Shown in pieces: positions 1 to 12,279 of a stretch of 64,000 bases of DNA. The number at the start of each line of letters is the position of its first letter. The stretch's first letter is position 1. Under the pieces are notes generated by a model. It was not told the DNA's origin. It saw only the letters and a list, made by a program, of their open reading frames with translations, and did not search any database. The translations under genes and the position numbers were made by a program. The stretch comes from Azolla caroliniana (Eukaryota > Plantae > Polypodiophyta), in NCBI GenBank assembly GCA_043228905.1, contig JBHGNT010000006.1, positions 15,314,001 through 15,378,000 on the forward strand, given 5' to 3'.

Positions 1-13
1 AGGGTGTAGAACT

Positions 14-292
14 TGTTGGCATAAAAGGACGACTCCTTCCAAATTGTATCCGTCTGAGTGTGAACTCGTTAAAAAGTTTGGGCTTAGTATATAAGCGAAT
101 ACCTAACATTGTAATGAGTGCTGATGAGTAGAGTATCGAATCTTTGAGAAAGAATGAAGTAATAAGAAGCTTTCCATTAAAGCTCCATTTGTGTAAGTCT
201 CCACGCCTATTCTATTTTCTGTATGTGTTGTTTGCTGTCTAGTACCGACTAGAGATCCATACACGTTTCCGCACATAACATTCGTACCCACA
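14..292 (+). repeat. 5' LTR of Copia A
   Basis: Direct repeat of 23129-23407, followed by the PBS. Confidence 0.95.
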
Positions 293-392
293 ATTGGTAT
301 CAGAGTCGAATCTTTGTTGTTCGGCAGCAACAGACAACAGAAGAACCTGAAAGAAAAAACCAGGTCAAAAAACTCAAGTTCACAAACAGAAT

Positions 393-1531
393 ATGGTTTC
401 AACATCCGGAACAGGAGTTGAAATCAGAAAATTTGACGACAAAAACTTTGCCTTGTGGAAGGAGGTGATGCAGGATGTGCTAATCATTCGAAGATAGGTT
501 AAAGCCATTCGGCATAGTGAAAAACTTGCTTCAATGACAACCGAGGAGTGGAGATCAACGGACGAAATCGCACGCTCCACCATTCGAATGCATCTGGCCA
601 AAAACGTCTATTTCAGCATGTCGAAAGAGACGACATCGTTCTTATTGTGGGAGACACTACAAACCGTCTATGAGAAGAAGTCCTCATCTTCGAAATTGAT
701 CTTGATCAAACAATTGTTCAACATGAAGATGAAAGAGACTGATCCGGTAACCTCCAAGATCAACACCTTTAGCCGGGTGTTGTTAGAGCTCTCGTCACAA
801 GGGATCAACTTCGAAGAAGAAGTGAAAGCCCTTGCCCTCCTATCGAGCTTGCCAGCGAGTTGGGGGGTATTCTGTACGACTTACGCCAATAGTCGACCGA
901 TCCTAAATCTGGACAAAACAACGGGCCAAGTCCTCACAGAGGACATCAGATGAAAATCGATGGAACTAACCATCGATGAGTTGGTAGAAGCCCATCACTT
1001 GACTAAGTCGTTCGATCAACAGAGTCGAACGAAAGAACAAACCGACAGAATTAGTCGATGCCACAACCGATCGAAAACTAGGGGTGACTGACAATGGTCG
1101 AAGACGAGAACGGGTCAAACAAGTGAGTATCGCACACACTGCAGGAAAGCTGGCCACAATGTTTCCGACTGCTCAATAAAAAGAAAAGAGAGTGGTCGGA
1201 GATCCGAGCGGAATCAGGGACGTTTCGACTTGGACCACTCTCTAGTTGGCAACCGGATCAATGTTGCCGACACCTGATCCGGAGAAATCCTCTCCCTAGA
1301 GGACTCGATGATCGGAGAAGTCCTCTACAATGCACAAGTTGCACACACATGGCTACTAGAATCTGGTGCCACATTCCACGTGACCCCCAACATTGAATGG
1401 TTCTCGAACTATTCAGCCGACGCCAGCGACACATTCCGACTAGGAAATGGGCAGGAGTGCAAGATAGCTAGAACCGGGGAGGTTCGCATCAGATTGCCAA
1501 ATGGCAACACAATAACCCTGCACCAAGTTGG
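393..1531 (+). pseudogene. gag: Copia A gag / zinc knuckle / protease, with stops and frameshifts
   Basis: MVSTSG..IRKFDDKNFALWKE; UBN2-like gag ORF 534-953; degenerate CCHC (CRKAGHNVSDC); protease motif WLLESGATFH in ORF 1308-1547. Confidence 0.9.
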
Positions 1532-2239
1532 TGTTATGTACACATAATGTTGGTGAGGGTAGGTCACCAATATTTACATTAGTGAAGGGTATGTTCACTA
1601 ATGTTAAAAAGGGGACTAATGATTGGATAGAAGGAATGATAGGTGCATGCACTATCATTATTTGGGCAACCAATGAATGGAGAGCCTTTTACAAAGGCAC
1701 AACTATTCAAGGGGCCTAGGAAAAGGTATAAATATGAGGCTTAGCTACCCTCATAATCACATTACATCGGAAGGCTGATGTCTTAGACACCGGTGGTGCG
1801 GGCTAGGCTTTCGTCTCAATGATCGTGTTTATCTCTTCCAAGGTATTAGTTATCCTAATATCCGATGGTATGGGACGTCGGTGGTAGGTTGGCTATGTCT
1901 AGATCATAGCTCGGGGGTGGTCGGGTGGACTAGGTTCTTCTATCCATTCTATTTTCCTTCTTTTACTTTAGTTTGGTCAATTGATTAGTAATAGACTCTG
2001 AACAATGGTATCAGAGCATTTACTAACAATTTTTTTTGTGTGTGAGCGATGGGGATCTAACAAGGCTCGTCATGCTCTTCATAGGATCAAAACAACATTC
2101 TTAACCCGGTATTCTTCTTTCGCGATCTCTCTTTTCTTTTCTATGATGCTTTCTTCTTGGTCATATAGAAGTGGTATTACATTTTCTTTTCTTTTCTTTC
2201 TTCTTTCTACCATCATACGATGTTAATCTACTTATGCAT

Positions 2240-2680
2240 CGGGTTGAGCGTGTTTGAACTAATCGCACACGCTCAACTCATGGCCCTTTTGCATATTGCG
2301 ATGTAGATCCCACTCTCCCTTCTCTTGAGCCTGCTCTTACGATATTAATTATTGTTGTGCATTGGATCGATCGTGTTTGCCCTAATCGCACACGCTCACC
2401 TCATGGCCCTTTTGCATACGATGTTGAATAGGCCACTCTTCCCTCTATTGAGCCATCACTTGGCCGAGTCTATGGGATGTTGTGGCCATGAAGAAGTGTA
2501 TGTCTCCTACCTATGCCACTCTACTCTCTATTGAGCCATCACTTGGCCGATTTTATGTGATGTTGTGGCCTTAACGAGGTATATGTCACTTACCTATGCC
2601 ACTTTACTCTTTATTGAGCCATCAATTGGCCGATTCTAGGGAGATGTGGTGGTCTTGAGGAGGAGGTGCATGTCGACTAC
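2240..2680 (+). repeat. Tandem repeats in the long 5' leader of B: two ~120-bp copies and three ~83-bp copies
   Basis: ctaatcgcacacgctca..tcatggcccttttgcata at ~2259 and ~2382; tattgagccatca..ttggccga at ~2446, ~2529 and ~2612. Confidence 0.8.
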
Positions 2681-3749
2681 CTTAGGGTTTCATACCTTAA
2701 GGCATGCTTAATGATTCATACACCTAATTGATTATTATTCTAATTAATTTCTAATTAGACAAATTTTCGTTTCAGTTTTGTATGATTTTCTAGTAATTGT
2801 CATTTACCCACCCACAATTAACTCTCTTTCTTGCCCTTCTTTTAAGTTCATCTACACTATTTACATACGTTTAATGGCGTAACGGTTCATGTAGACCATT
2901 TTTTAATATTGAGTGGGCATCATGCCATTTTTTGAATGATTTTTTCCAACGTCTCATCTAGGTTTAACTCATATTATTGAGCCTTAGAACTCGAGTAAAA
3001 CCACATGAGTTCCCCTATTGATGTTTTACTCATAGATTTGAGTTCTACATCTTTGCACACAACACCACCGCCACTTATATCAATTTGTGGCTTATGTCAC
3101 AATTGTGCAAATTACAACCACCATATTGGCATGTATATGTGCATATCTCGCACCATCCATTTATTTGCGACATTTTTTTTTAGTAGGTAACACATGGGTT
3201 TTTTGACCCTTGTTTTCGTCACTGCTTGATTCTTATGGATAGTGCCTTATTTTATCGTTTTTTGTCATAACATTTGCTTGTTACTTGCAAGACTACAATA
3301 TTACTTGTGAGTGCACTTGTTTTTTCATGTAATACACTTTCTCGACCATATCAATACATGTTGGGTTGGCATTCTAATATAAGGCTAACTAGGAAACTAC
3401 GTTGATGTTAGAACCATGGTTGAGCCTCGGGGAGCTGCCATGATTATTCATGATAGAGATCCGAGAAAGACATCTTAGCTATGTTTTCCTCCATGGTTTT
3501 TAAAACACCATAGTGTTACCATAGTTATCGAATCTCGAATCACATCTCATATGTCTAGAGGGGTAAAGACGTGAGATGCTTTCTTGGTAAAGTTCTTACA
3601 ATCAAAATTTCAAGCATTCATTTTGCTTGTGTATTTTTTGAACCTCCTTATTTATATTGCATAACCATAGCTTGCATCATTGAACAAGTTTTGAACGCTG
3701 TTGGAGCAATCTCTCCGACTAAGACCTCTCGACTCCAATCCGCATCTCG

Positions 3750-6700
3750 CACATAAGCTGAGATCACTATTGAGCAATTGCTCAATACTACCTTGAATCA
3801 ATTGGCCAAAATGAGGCAGGCCAATACGACATTGGAAAAGAAATTCCAAGAATTGACCATTGAGTCCAAGAAAGAAGGTGAGCCTTCTTTCGTAGTAACG
3901 CCATTCAAGGGAGATAAGAAAGAAAGAACCAAGGAGGCCATTAGCACTTGGCTTGGTCGTTGGGAGTCTCACTTTGAGCTCCACCCCAAGTCCGATGCTG
4001 TAGAAATTGGTTACGTCGGTCGTGAGTTAGGTGGCTAAGCTGCTACTTGGTGGCACGGCCTAAGGACTGTAAAGAATTTACCCACAACTTGGGAAGGTTT
4101 CGTTGATGTTTTAAGAAACAGTTTTTGCAGCCACCTTCTCAAACTGAACAAGCGCAACACTTGCTCACGTTGTCAAGTAAGCCATTTACCTCTCTCAAGG
4201 ATTATGTGCATCATGCTCGGACCCAGATTCAAAAATCAGGACTTACGGGTGAGAAATGGTTTGTTGCTTGCTTTTTGAATGGTATTCCTAATGGGGATTA
4301 CCATTGGATTGTCCATGATAAGGACCCCACAACTTTTGAGAAAGCCGTCAACATTGTACTTCGGTACCATAGGACTTCCAAGAAAGACCACAATAAACCT
4401 AAGTTCGCCAAAACTCTAAATGTCAAGTTGATTGGGAAACGTAAGCAATTCAATGACACTCTTGACCGCGACTCCAAGAAACCTAACCTCTTCGGTGCAT
4501 ATTGCAGGAAACGGGGCCATACAAAGGATACTTGTCGTTGTCTTCAAAGGAAGTCAATGAACGCCCCTCCTTAAGACAAATCCATGAGTCACACAGGTGA
4601 GTCTTTTGATGTTGTTGAAGTTCATACCAACCACTTAAGTTCATGTGAATGCAGTTTTCCTTCATATTTACTTGGACCTAATGATTTACTCCGAGCAGTC
4701 GGGTATATCAATGGAACACAAGCACATTTCTTGTTTGATTCCGGTAGTTCTCACAATTTTCTTAATGATCACTTTGTGCAATAAATGGAACTCCACATAA
4801 ACGCAAGTGATCATATCTATCAAGTTCACATGGCAAATGGAAGTGTTCAATACATCAGTGGCATTGTTTGTCAACTGCCAATTCAAATATATACCTATTT
4901 GGAGAAGCTTGACTTTCATGTTATGAAACTACAATCCACATATGTCATTTTAGGATACCCTTGGTTTTTTAATAAAAAACCCTTCTTTGTCCATTGATTG
5001 GGTTAATCACTCAATCACATTTGAACTTAATAGTTGTAAACATTTTATTCAATGTTCCAAACTTCCTTCTCGTTCACTTGTGTCTTCTAAATCTTTAAGT
5101 GAGTATTCAAGTTCATTAATTTATTCATGTGTAATTGATCCTGTGCTTCAATTTTATTATTTTAATATTGACACCACACAATTACCACACTATGAACAAC
5201 GATTACTCGACTCTATTTTAGATGATTTTAAAGACGTGTTTCCTAATGAATTGCCACTTACTTTACCACCAAAACGTAATGTGGACCATCAAATCGAACT
5301 CATTCCTAGTGCTGCTCATGTGAGCATTCCACCTTACCGACTTAGTCGATTAGAAGAGGATGAAATTAGTAAACAACTTAAGGAATACTTGAGTATGGGC
5401 CACATTCGGTATAGTAAATCAGCTTGGGGTGCGCTAGTTCTATTGTTTAAGAAGGAAGGTTCATGGCGAATGTGTATCAATTATTGCCGTTTGAATAAAA
5501 TGACAATTAAAAATGGATATCCGTTACCTTGTGCCAATGATTTGATTGATCCTTTGCATATTTTATGAAAATTGACTTACGAACAAGTTATCATCATATT
5601 CGCATTGCCGAGGATGATATTCCTAATACCGCTTTTCGTACACACTATGGCCATTATGAGTTTTTAGTCATGCCCTAATGCTCCAGCCACATTCCAACAA
5701 GCGATGAATGACGTTTTCCGAGATCAACTCAGTGATTTTGTTGTCGTCTTCTTGGATGATATTTTGATATATAGTTGTACCTTGCAAGATCATGTTCAAC
5801 ATGTTCGATTTTATTTGAAAAAGTTGCGTGACAACTCTTTCTATGCAAAACATTCAAAATGTGATTTTTTCCAAAAATCTATTGTGTACCTAGGTCATTT
5901 AATTACGGAAAATGATGTTGAAATTGAACCTTCTCGTATTGAAAAGGTTAAACTTTGGCCCATTCCTCGTAATATTCGTGAACTGCGATCATTCTTAGGG
6001 TTTGTTGGATTTTTACGAAATTCAATTCGTAACTATTCTAAATTGACTATGCCATTAACTGAACTTTTAAAAAGTCATCCACGTAAGTCTGTCAAACCAA
6101 TTGCATGGAATGAACAATTTGACAAATCATTTGAGACACTCAAAGAGCATGTGTGTCTGGCTCCCACTCTTCTATTACTAGACCCTTCTAAGCCTTTCTC
6201 AATCGAAACCGATGCCAGTGATTTTTCTATTGGGGTCGTTCTTTATCAAGGCAGTCACCCTATTGATTTTGAAAGTAAGATGCTTGATGCTGCTCAATCT
6301 TGGTATTCAGTTCAAGAGAAAGAGTTGTTTGCGGCAATACATGCACTTAAAACATGGAGGCACTATCTCTATGGAAATAAATTTGTGGTTACAACAGATC
6401 ATCAATCATTGAAGTATTTTTGTGACTAGCCAGATCTTGTTGGTCATAAAGGTTGTTGGGCTGACCTTATGCAAGATTTTAATTTTTCCATACGATATCG
6501 CAAGGGTTCTATGAACACTGTTGAGGATGCTCTTACTGGCATTAAAGAAGTTAACATGCTTAGCTTCACGGAAATAAAATTTGATCTTTTAGATCACCTT
6601 CGAGGGAAATACCTTGATGATAGTTATTTTTCAAAATACTGGACAAAAGCCGAATCTGGTTTAGATGCCGATACTAGCACCCTACCCTTGAAGGCGACCT

Positions 6701-7765
6701 TTCACATTACAAATGGTTGGCTCTACCGTAGTGGAAAGGTTTGTGTTCCATTTTTACCAAATGTAAAATAGAAAATTCTTCATGAATGTCATGATGCACC
6801 ATCTGCTGGTCACCCAGGAATGCAATGCACACTCGTTCTCATCTCGAGTACTTTTTTCTAGCCGAAGATGTGCTCTAACGTGCATAAATACGTATCTCAA
6901 TGCTTCCAATGTCAGATTAATAAGTTGGAACGACTTAAAGCTGCTGGTCTTTTACATCCCTTAGATATTCCCAACAACAAATGGGAAAGTATCTCGATGG
7001 ATTTTATTGTTAGTTTATCTCGTACACAGAGGGGTCATGATGCCATTTGGGTTGTCGTTGACAGACTAACAAAATTGGCTAGATTTATTCCTACAAAAAC
7101 CACGGTAACTGCTCAACAATTGGCTTATCAAGATGTTGATGAGTTATTTCGTTTTTATGGATTACCGATGGATATTGTTAGTGATCGAGATTCCAAGTTT
7201 ACTAGTGACTTTTGGACTCAAGTCTTTGAGAAACTAGAAACTACGTTCAGCATGAGTTCCGCAGATCATCCTCAGTCTGATGGACAAACTGAACAGGTTA
7301 ATCAAATTATTGACGACATGCTTCGAGCTTATGTAGCAAAAACCCCTTCTATGTGGGAGCAATACCTTCCTATCTTAGAATTTGCCTATAATAGCTCTAA
7401 ACATACATCCACTGGATATAGTCCTTTTATGTTGATGTATGGTTTTTAGCCACGTGCCCTAGTTGATGTCACGATTCATCGTGATACATTAGACAATACA
7501 CACAATTCTTTGCAAGACATGAACCAAATGTTGCATATTACCAAAGAGAATGTCAAGACAACTCAAGATCATGCTCGATTTTATGCTAATAAGGATAAAA
7601 GTCCTTGTGCATTTACTATTGGTCAAAAAGTTTTTTTGCATGTCCCTACTGACTCTACATCATTGTCTACAGGCAAGTGCGCTAAGTTAGCCCCACGATA
7701 TTGTGGCCCATTTGAAATCCTTAAGCAGGTTGGGTCATCTGCTTATCACCTTGCCTTAACCCCGT
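3750..7765 (+). pseudogene. pol: B gag-pol (Gag, CCHC, PR, RT, RNase H, integrase), fragmented
   Basis: YCRKRGHTKDTC; FLFDSGSSHNF; VVFLDDILIYS; IETDASD; WESISMDF; IVSDRDSKF; APRYCGPF. Many stops and frameshifts. Confidence 0.92.
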
Positions 7766-8213
7766 TGTCGTGAAGATCCATCACTACGCGCGGATCGTGA
7801 GGTGGAACCATCGGGGTTTTGGACCGGAAGGATTCAAAGTCGGTACAAGCTTTAGCGAGAAAGTACTTAAGATAGATTGGGAAAGAGAGAAGTTAAGATT
7901 AAACGATTGAGACGGATTGATTGAACTTTTAACTTTAGATTTAAGAAACAAGTTACACGATCAATTTGATAACAAATTTCTTCCCCTTAATTTTCATAAA
8001 AAAAACCGTGTTTTTTCTCCTCCCCCTTCCTTCTTTTATAGATGCTCTCATGCATATGATGCATGTGAGGGTACAAGACATGCATAAATTGCATGTTTGC
8101 CATTTGGCGCTTATGTATTACATGTGGTGCATGATAACCATATCACTCATTTTAGCTCTCATGTATGAGAATTTACATGTAAAAGTACGATGATAGAAAT
8201 ATAATTTCAACTA

Positions 8214-8285
8214 AATAGCATGGCTTAATGGTAAGCCAATTGATTCCTAACTTGGAGGTGCAAGGTTCGAATCCTTCCTTGCCCT
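8214..8285 (+). ncRNA. tRNA-like (Pol III A/B box) cassette in the 3' LTR of C, antisense to the element
   Basis: A-box TGGCTTAATGG 8221-8231; anticodon-loop-like TTCCTAA; B-box GGTTCGAATCC 8264-8274 in a paired T-stem (AAGG/CCTT). The acceptor stem does not pair. Confidence 0.7.
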
Positions 8286-8845
8286 CCTTGTATATGTATA
8301 TATATTTATATATTTATTTATCTAGTTGCCGGACGCCGGTTCGGTTTTGGTTGGCCAAAACCCTTTACAAGTAGCTAGCCCACCTCCACTCTTAGTTCAA
8401 GTTACCTTGAACTCTCTATGCTCCACACATAGACACAAAGATAATATCTTTTGCTCCACCTTATATATGATGAGAGTTGTATTTGTCATGCCTATGTGGG
8501 ATATCTCACAATTTTCTCTTTTCCTTTCACAAACTTTATACCCTCATATCTTGATATTTAGTTGTCCGTTTCTCGTGTAATAAAGTGCATTCGAAACCTC
8601 CATCATTTTGTACTTAGATATTAAATTTATTTAAAATGTTATCTTCACAATTATTGTACTATGTGATTCATACTCGATTTCGTACGTTTTATGGGATTTT
8701 CACACTATTGCCGAAAATCTTCACGACATCCACCCCCACCAAACCGCACGTCCTCCGGTACGTGCCAAGGAGAGAGAAAGTGAGATTTCGGCTACGATGA
8801 TCAATTAGATTCCTCCATGTCTTCATTTTCATCCGCCCTGTTATG

Positions 8846-11800
8846 TTAATCGTCGAGGTAATCGAGGTCAGGATCCTTGTCTTGTCTTTTCTTGAAAATC
8901 TTTACTCTTTTTCCCGCAATGGGTACTGCTAACCTTGATCCGTCTAATTCTGCAAGGTGGTATGTGGCATTATCGTTGGCACTTGTCACCACATACGGCT
9001 CGAACCATCTTCTTGCGAACTTCCTTGTTGTACTGTGTTGATTGTCAAGAGTGTTGTCGTAAACCAAAACCCAATCCCCTTCTTCAATCTTCTTGGGACG
9101 AAGTCGATGCGTGTTGTCGAACCGAACCTTGTTCTTTACTCGGGCTGCCTTCATCATCTTTCGCGCTTTTTCTAAATCTTCAGGTCTTCTTTCAAGTTGC
9201 CTTATCCGCGCCGCTAATAACTCTTCTCGGCTCATTTCGTTCTCCCACGGTATCGCTACCCATGAGGCGATCATCCTTTCAATGGGCATAATCGGCTTTT
9301 GTCCATACATAAGCTCCGTCGGCATATACCCTGTCACCGAGCTATGTGTCGTTCTATTGGCCCACAAGGCATAGGGTAATAGTCGTGGCCAATTCCCGAC
9401 TCGACCGTTGCATGCCCGTACGATGGCTTTAACGATAGGTCCATGCCCTCGCTCGATCTTCCCATTTGCTTCCGGATTGTAGGCAATCGTGAGGGAGAGC
9501 TTCACTCCTAGTCTTTCGAAGAGCTCTGTCGCTTCGTGCGTGTCCAACTCCCCTCGGTCGGCCACTATCTTCCCTACACATCCATATCGGCAAACAACAT
9601 CTTCAAGTAGAAATTTGCAAACGGCTGAAGTCGTCTTATTTGTCAAGGCTCGTCCTTCCACTTGATTTGTCAAGTCTTCCCTTGCCAGCGCTAAGTACTT
9701 CATTTGTCCCACTCCCATTGGCATTGAGACCAGATCCACCATCCATTTGAAGTGTATGGTGAGTGGGTATGTCGGCTTTAACTCATCACGATGACGTATA
9801 TTTGAATATACTTGGCAAGTTTCGCATGTGGACACGAAATGGAGTACATCTTTGTACATGCTTGGCCACCAGTACTTCTCCTTCAACTTTTCGAACGTTG
9901 CCCATGTTCCTCTATGACCTGCCCAAGCACTCTCGTGGAATTCGGTCATCAGCGTCTCTTGCTCTTCTTTCTTTACCACCACTCGACGTGGTATTCCTGT
10001 CCTTCTTTTTGGATGTCGCCAAAGGAATCCTCCCTTCAAGAAGTATCGGTAAGCTTTCTTTCAGATTCGTAGGGCCTCCTCCTTTGTCAACGAAGCATCT
10101 GTCGCCAATGTTCTTAGGAATCTACCGATGAGTAACCACTCTCCTTCGTACTCATTCTCGTTGAAGGCGTGGAGGGTTTGCGTGTCCTGGTCTTCCACCA
10201 ACAATTGAGCCATCTTGAAGAAGTCGAGGGCGACATCTTCATCTTCCGAAACCATGTTACTTCCATTTGAAAATCTTGCCCTCGACAGCATGTCAGCCAT
10301 GGCGTTCTTCTTCCCTGCAATGTGACGGATCTCTGGGTTTAAAGACTTGATGTAGGCGATCCACCTTAGCATAGCAAGATCTGGGGTCGCACATCCCGAG
10401 ACCATTCCGAGAATTGGGAGACAATCTGTCTCTATTATCACTTCCGACCCGATCAGGTAATATTTGTCCGTCTTCACTGCTGACACAATACCCCAAAGTT
10501 ATTGCTTGACTTGGGCATATCTTTGTTGCCGTTCGCTGAGAACCTTTGCTCCGAACCGGACGGCATATCGCGCATTATCTTCACCTTCTTCATTGATGAC
10601 CCACCCGATTCCGGCTGGGCTCGTATCTACGGTCACGTAAATTGGTTTCCCTTCGGCATAGTCGGCCTTCCTTAGTGCCGGAGCTTCAAGAAGCAGTTTC
10701 TTTAATCTTTGCATCGCCTTTGTGTGCTCGTCTCGCCATTCGAACTTTATTCTTTTCTTTAGTAGTCCATATAATGGTTCGGCGACATGAGCATAGTGAG
10801 GAATCCATATATGATAAAACGTGCATGCTCCAAGGAACCTTCGAACCTCCGTTTGGTTTTCGCATTCTTCTTTCATGTCTTGGATTGCGTTCACTTTGGA
10901 TGGCGAGGGCTTCCGGCCGTATGCTCCACACAAGTGACCTACCACCAAGATCTCCGGTTGCCCGAATGCGGATTTTTCTCCCGAAAATGTCAAATTCGCA
11001 TCTTTGAGCCTTTGAAGCACCTTTTCGCAAGCTTTCATATGATCCACAATGAACTTTCTACAACCTTCCTTATCTTTCGATTCATCTTTCTCCTCATCCG
11101 AACATCATCCAACAATGGCATCGTGATGTCCGGAATGCAATCCTTCAAGACTTTATTCATGGCATTCACCATATGAGCCACCGAGTTCGTTGCGCCTTGG
11201 GGTAAGGTACACATCCGCACAAGCCCGATCGGAGTCCTCATGGTTGTAATGTCCCGACTGTCGATCGCCAATTGGAATTGGTCATATCCGGAGTAGAGAT
11301 CGCCAATGGAGTAGATGGACCGGCCCGCAAACGCTTCGGCAAATTCGTCCACGCTCGGACCGATTCCAGCATTTCGAATTGTCACCTTCTTGACGGGTTG
11401 AAGATCTTGGATGAATCGCAATGATCCATTCTTCTTCGGCACCGTGAACCACCTATTGGAATAAGGAGCAATCGACGGTTCTAGAATTCCCATACTCACC
11501 TTCTCCTTTAAGAGCTCGATCAGCTTTGGAAGGTGTGCTCTCGGAACCGGTATCGGTTTCAAGTTCCAAGGCACATGAGGCACCGTGAAGATCACCATCG
11601 GCTCTATAACCTTTGGGTCGGCACATCCGATTTCTCGTGGGAAGAATGCGAAAGCCTTCCCATGTCTCTCAAGCATATCGCGAAACATTCGGTCCTCTTC
11701 AAGGAGAAGGAAATCCTCCTTTCCAACTCGTAGCTTCCCCTTCGTCTCTTTGGTGAAGACATGACCTATCTTCTTCTGATCTCTTAAGCTTGGATCGTTA

Positions 11801-12269
11801 GCGACTTCCTTCATCTTTTGCCAGCTATCTTCCGGTAGCGGAACCGCAACTGGCTTGATCTTCTTATCCACCGTTTTATATGTCATGTTGATGTCAGCTT
11901 CCTTCATCAAGATGCCACGACGCTATTCATCGATAATAGCGTACATGTTGACGGAGTTAACCGAAATCACGCGTTGGTTGTGAAGATAGCTCAAGTCCAC
12001 GACGTCCTCGATTTCGCCAATGGTGTCGTTAAATGAGGCTTCTTCCATAATATGAGTCACGAACTCTCCTTCTTCTATTATGTTCTCTTCTTTCAGCATC
12101 TTCTCGAATTCTTGTATCAGGCGCTTGTGCTTCTTGTTGGGTAGTACTAGTTTACATGCGCCACTAGGTGTGACACATGTTGCTTCTCCTTGCAATCCAC
12201 GCACTCTTCTTTCTTGTGGGGTCTTGTGATTGCTCGGACTATTCGTGCCCCATGCTTCAATAGTCCGCT
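8846..12269 (-). pseudogene. pol: C pol (RT, RNase H, integrase), few disruptions
   Basis: RFIQDLQPV, DLYSGYDQF, LPQGATNS, LLDDV (RT); VTVDTSP (RH); H-GH..CETC zinc finger, WMVDL, IVADRGE, ANGKIERGH (IN). Confidence 0.92.
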
Positions 12270-12279
12270 CTAAAAATCC
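12217..12279 (-). promoter_or_regulatory. Putative -1 programmed ribosomal frameshift signal (G GAU UUU plus stem-loop/pseudoknot) between PR and RT of C
   Basis: Heptamer 12279-12273 directly before the gag-PR stop; 5-nt spacer; perfect 9-bp stem cggactatt/aatagtccg; loop tgggg complementary to downstream cccca; the -1 frame is open and leads into the pol frame. Confidence 0.75.

Noticed and set aside
118-165. CTGATGAG-stem-GAAA in the A LTR resembling a hammerhead ribozyme core (retrozyme-like)
   Set aside because: Stem II is plausible, but the closing G-C pair is absent, no stem I/III partner with a UH cleavage site could be found, and the 3' LTR has ATGACGAG.
8214-8285. Functional tRNA-Arg gene
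   Set aside because: Acceptor and anticodon stems do not pair. Reported as a tRNA-like cassette only; the same applies to the other copies.
7966-8580. Short ORFs inside LTRs (also 103-405, 14726-15422, 23218-23487)
   Set aside because: They recur only because the LTRs are duplicated and show no coding signature.
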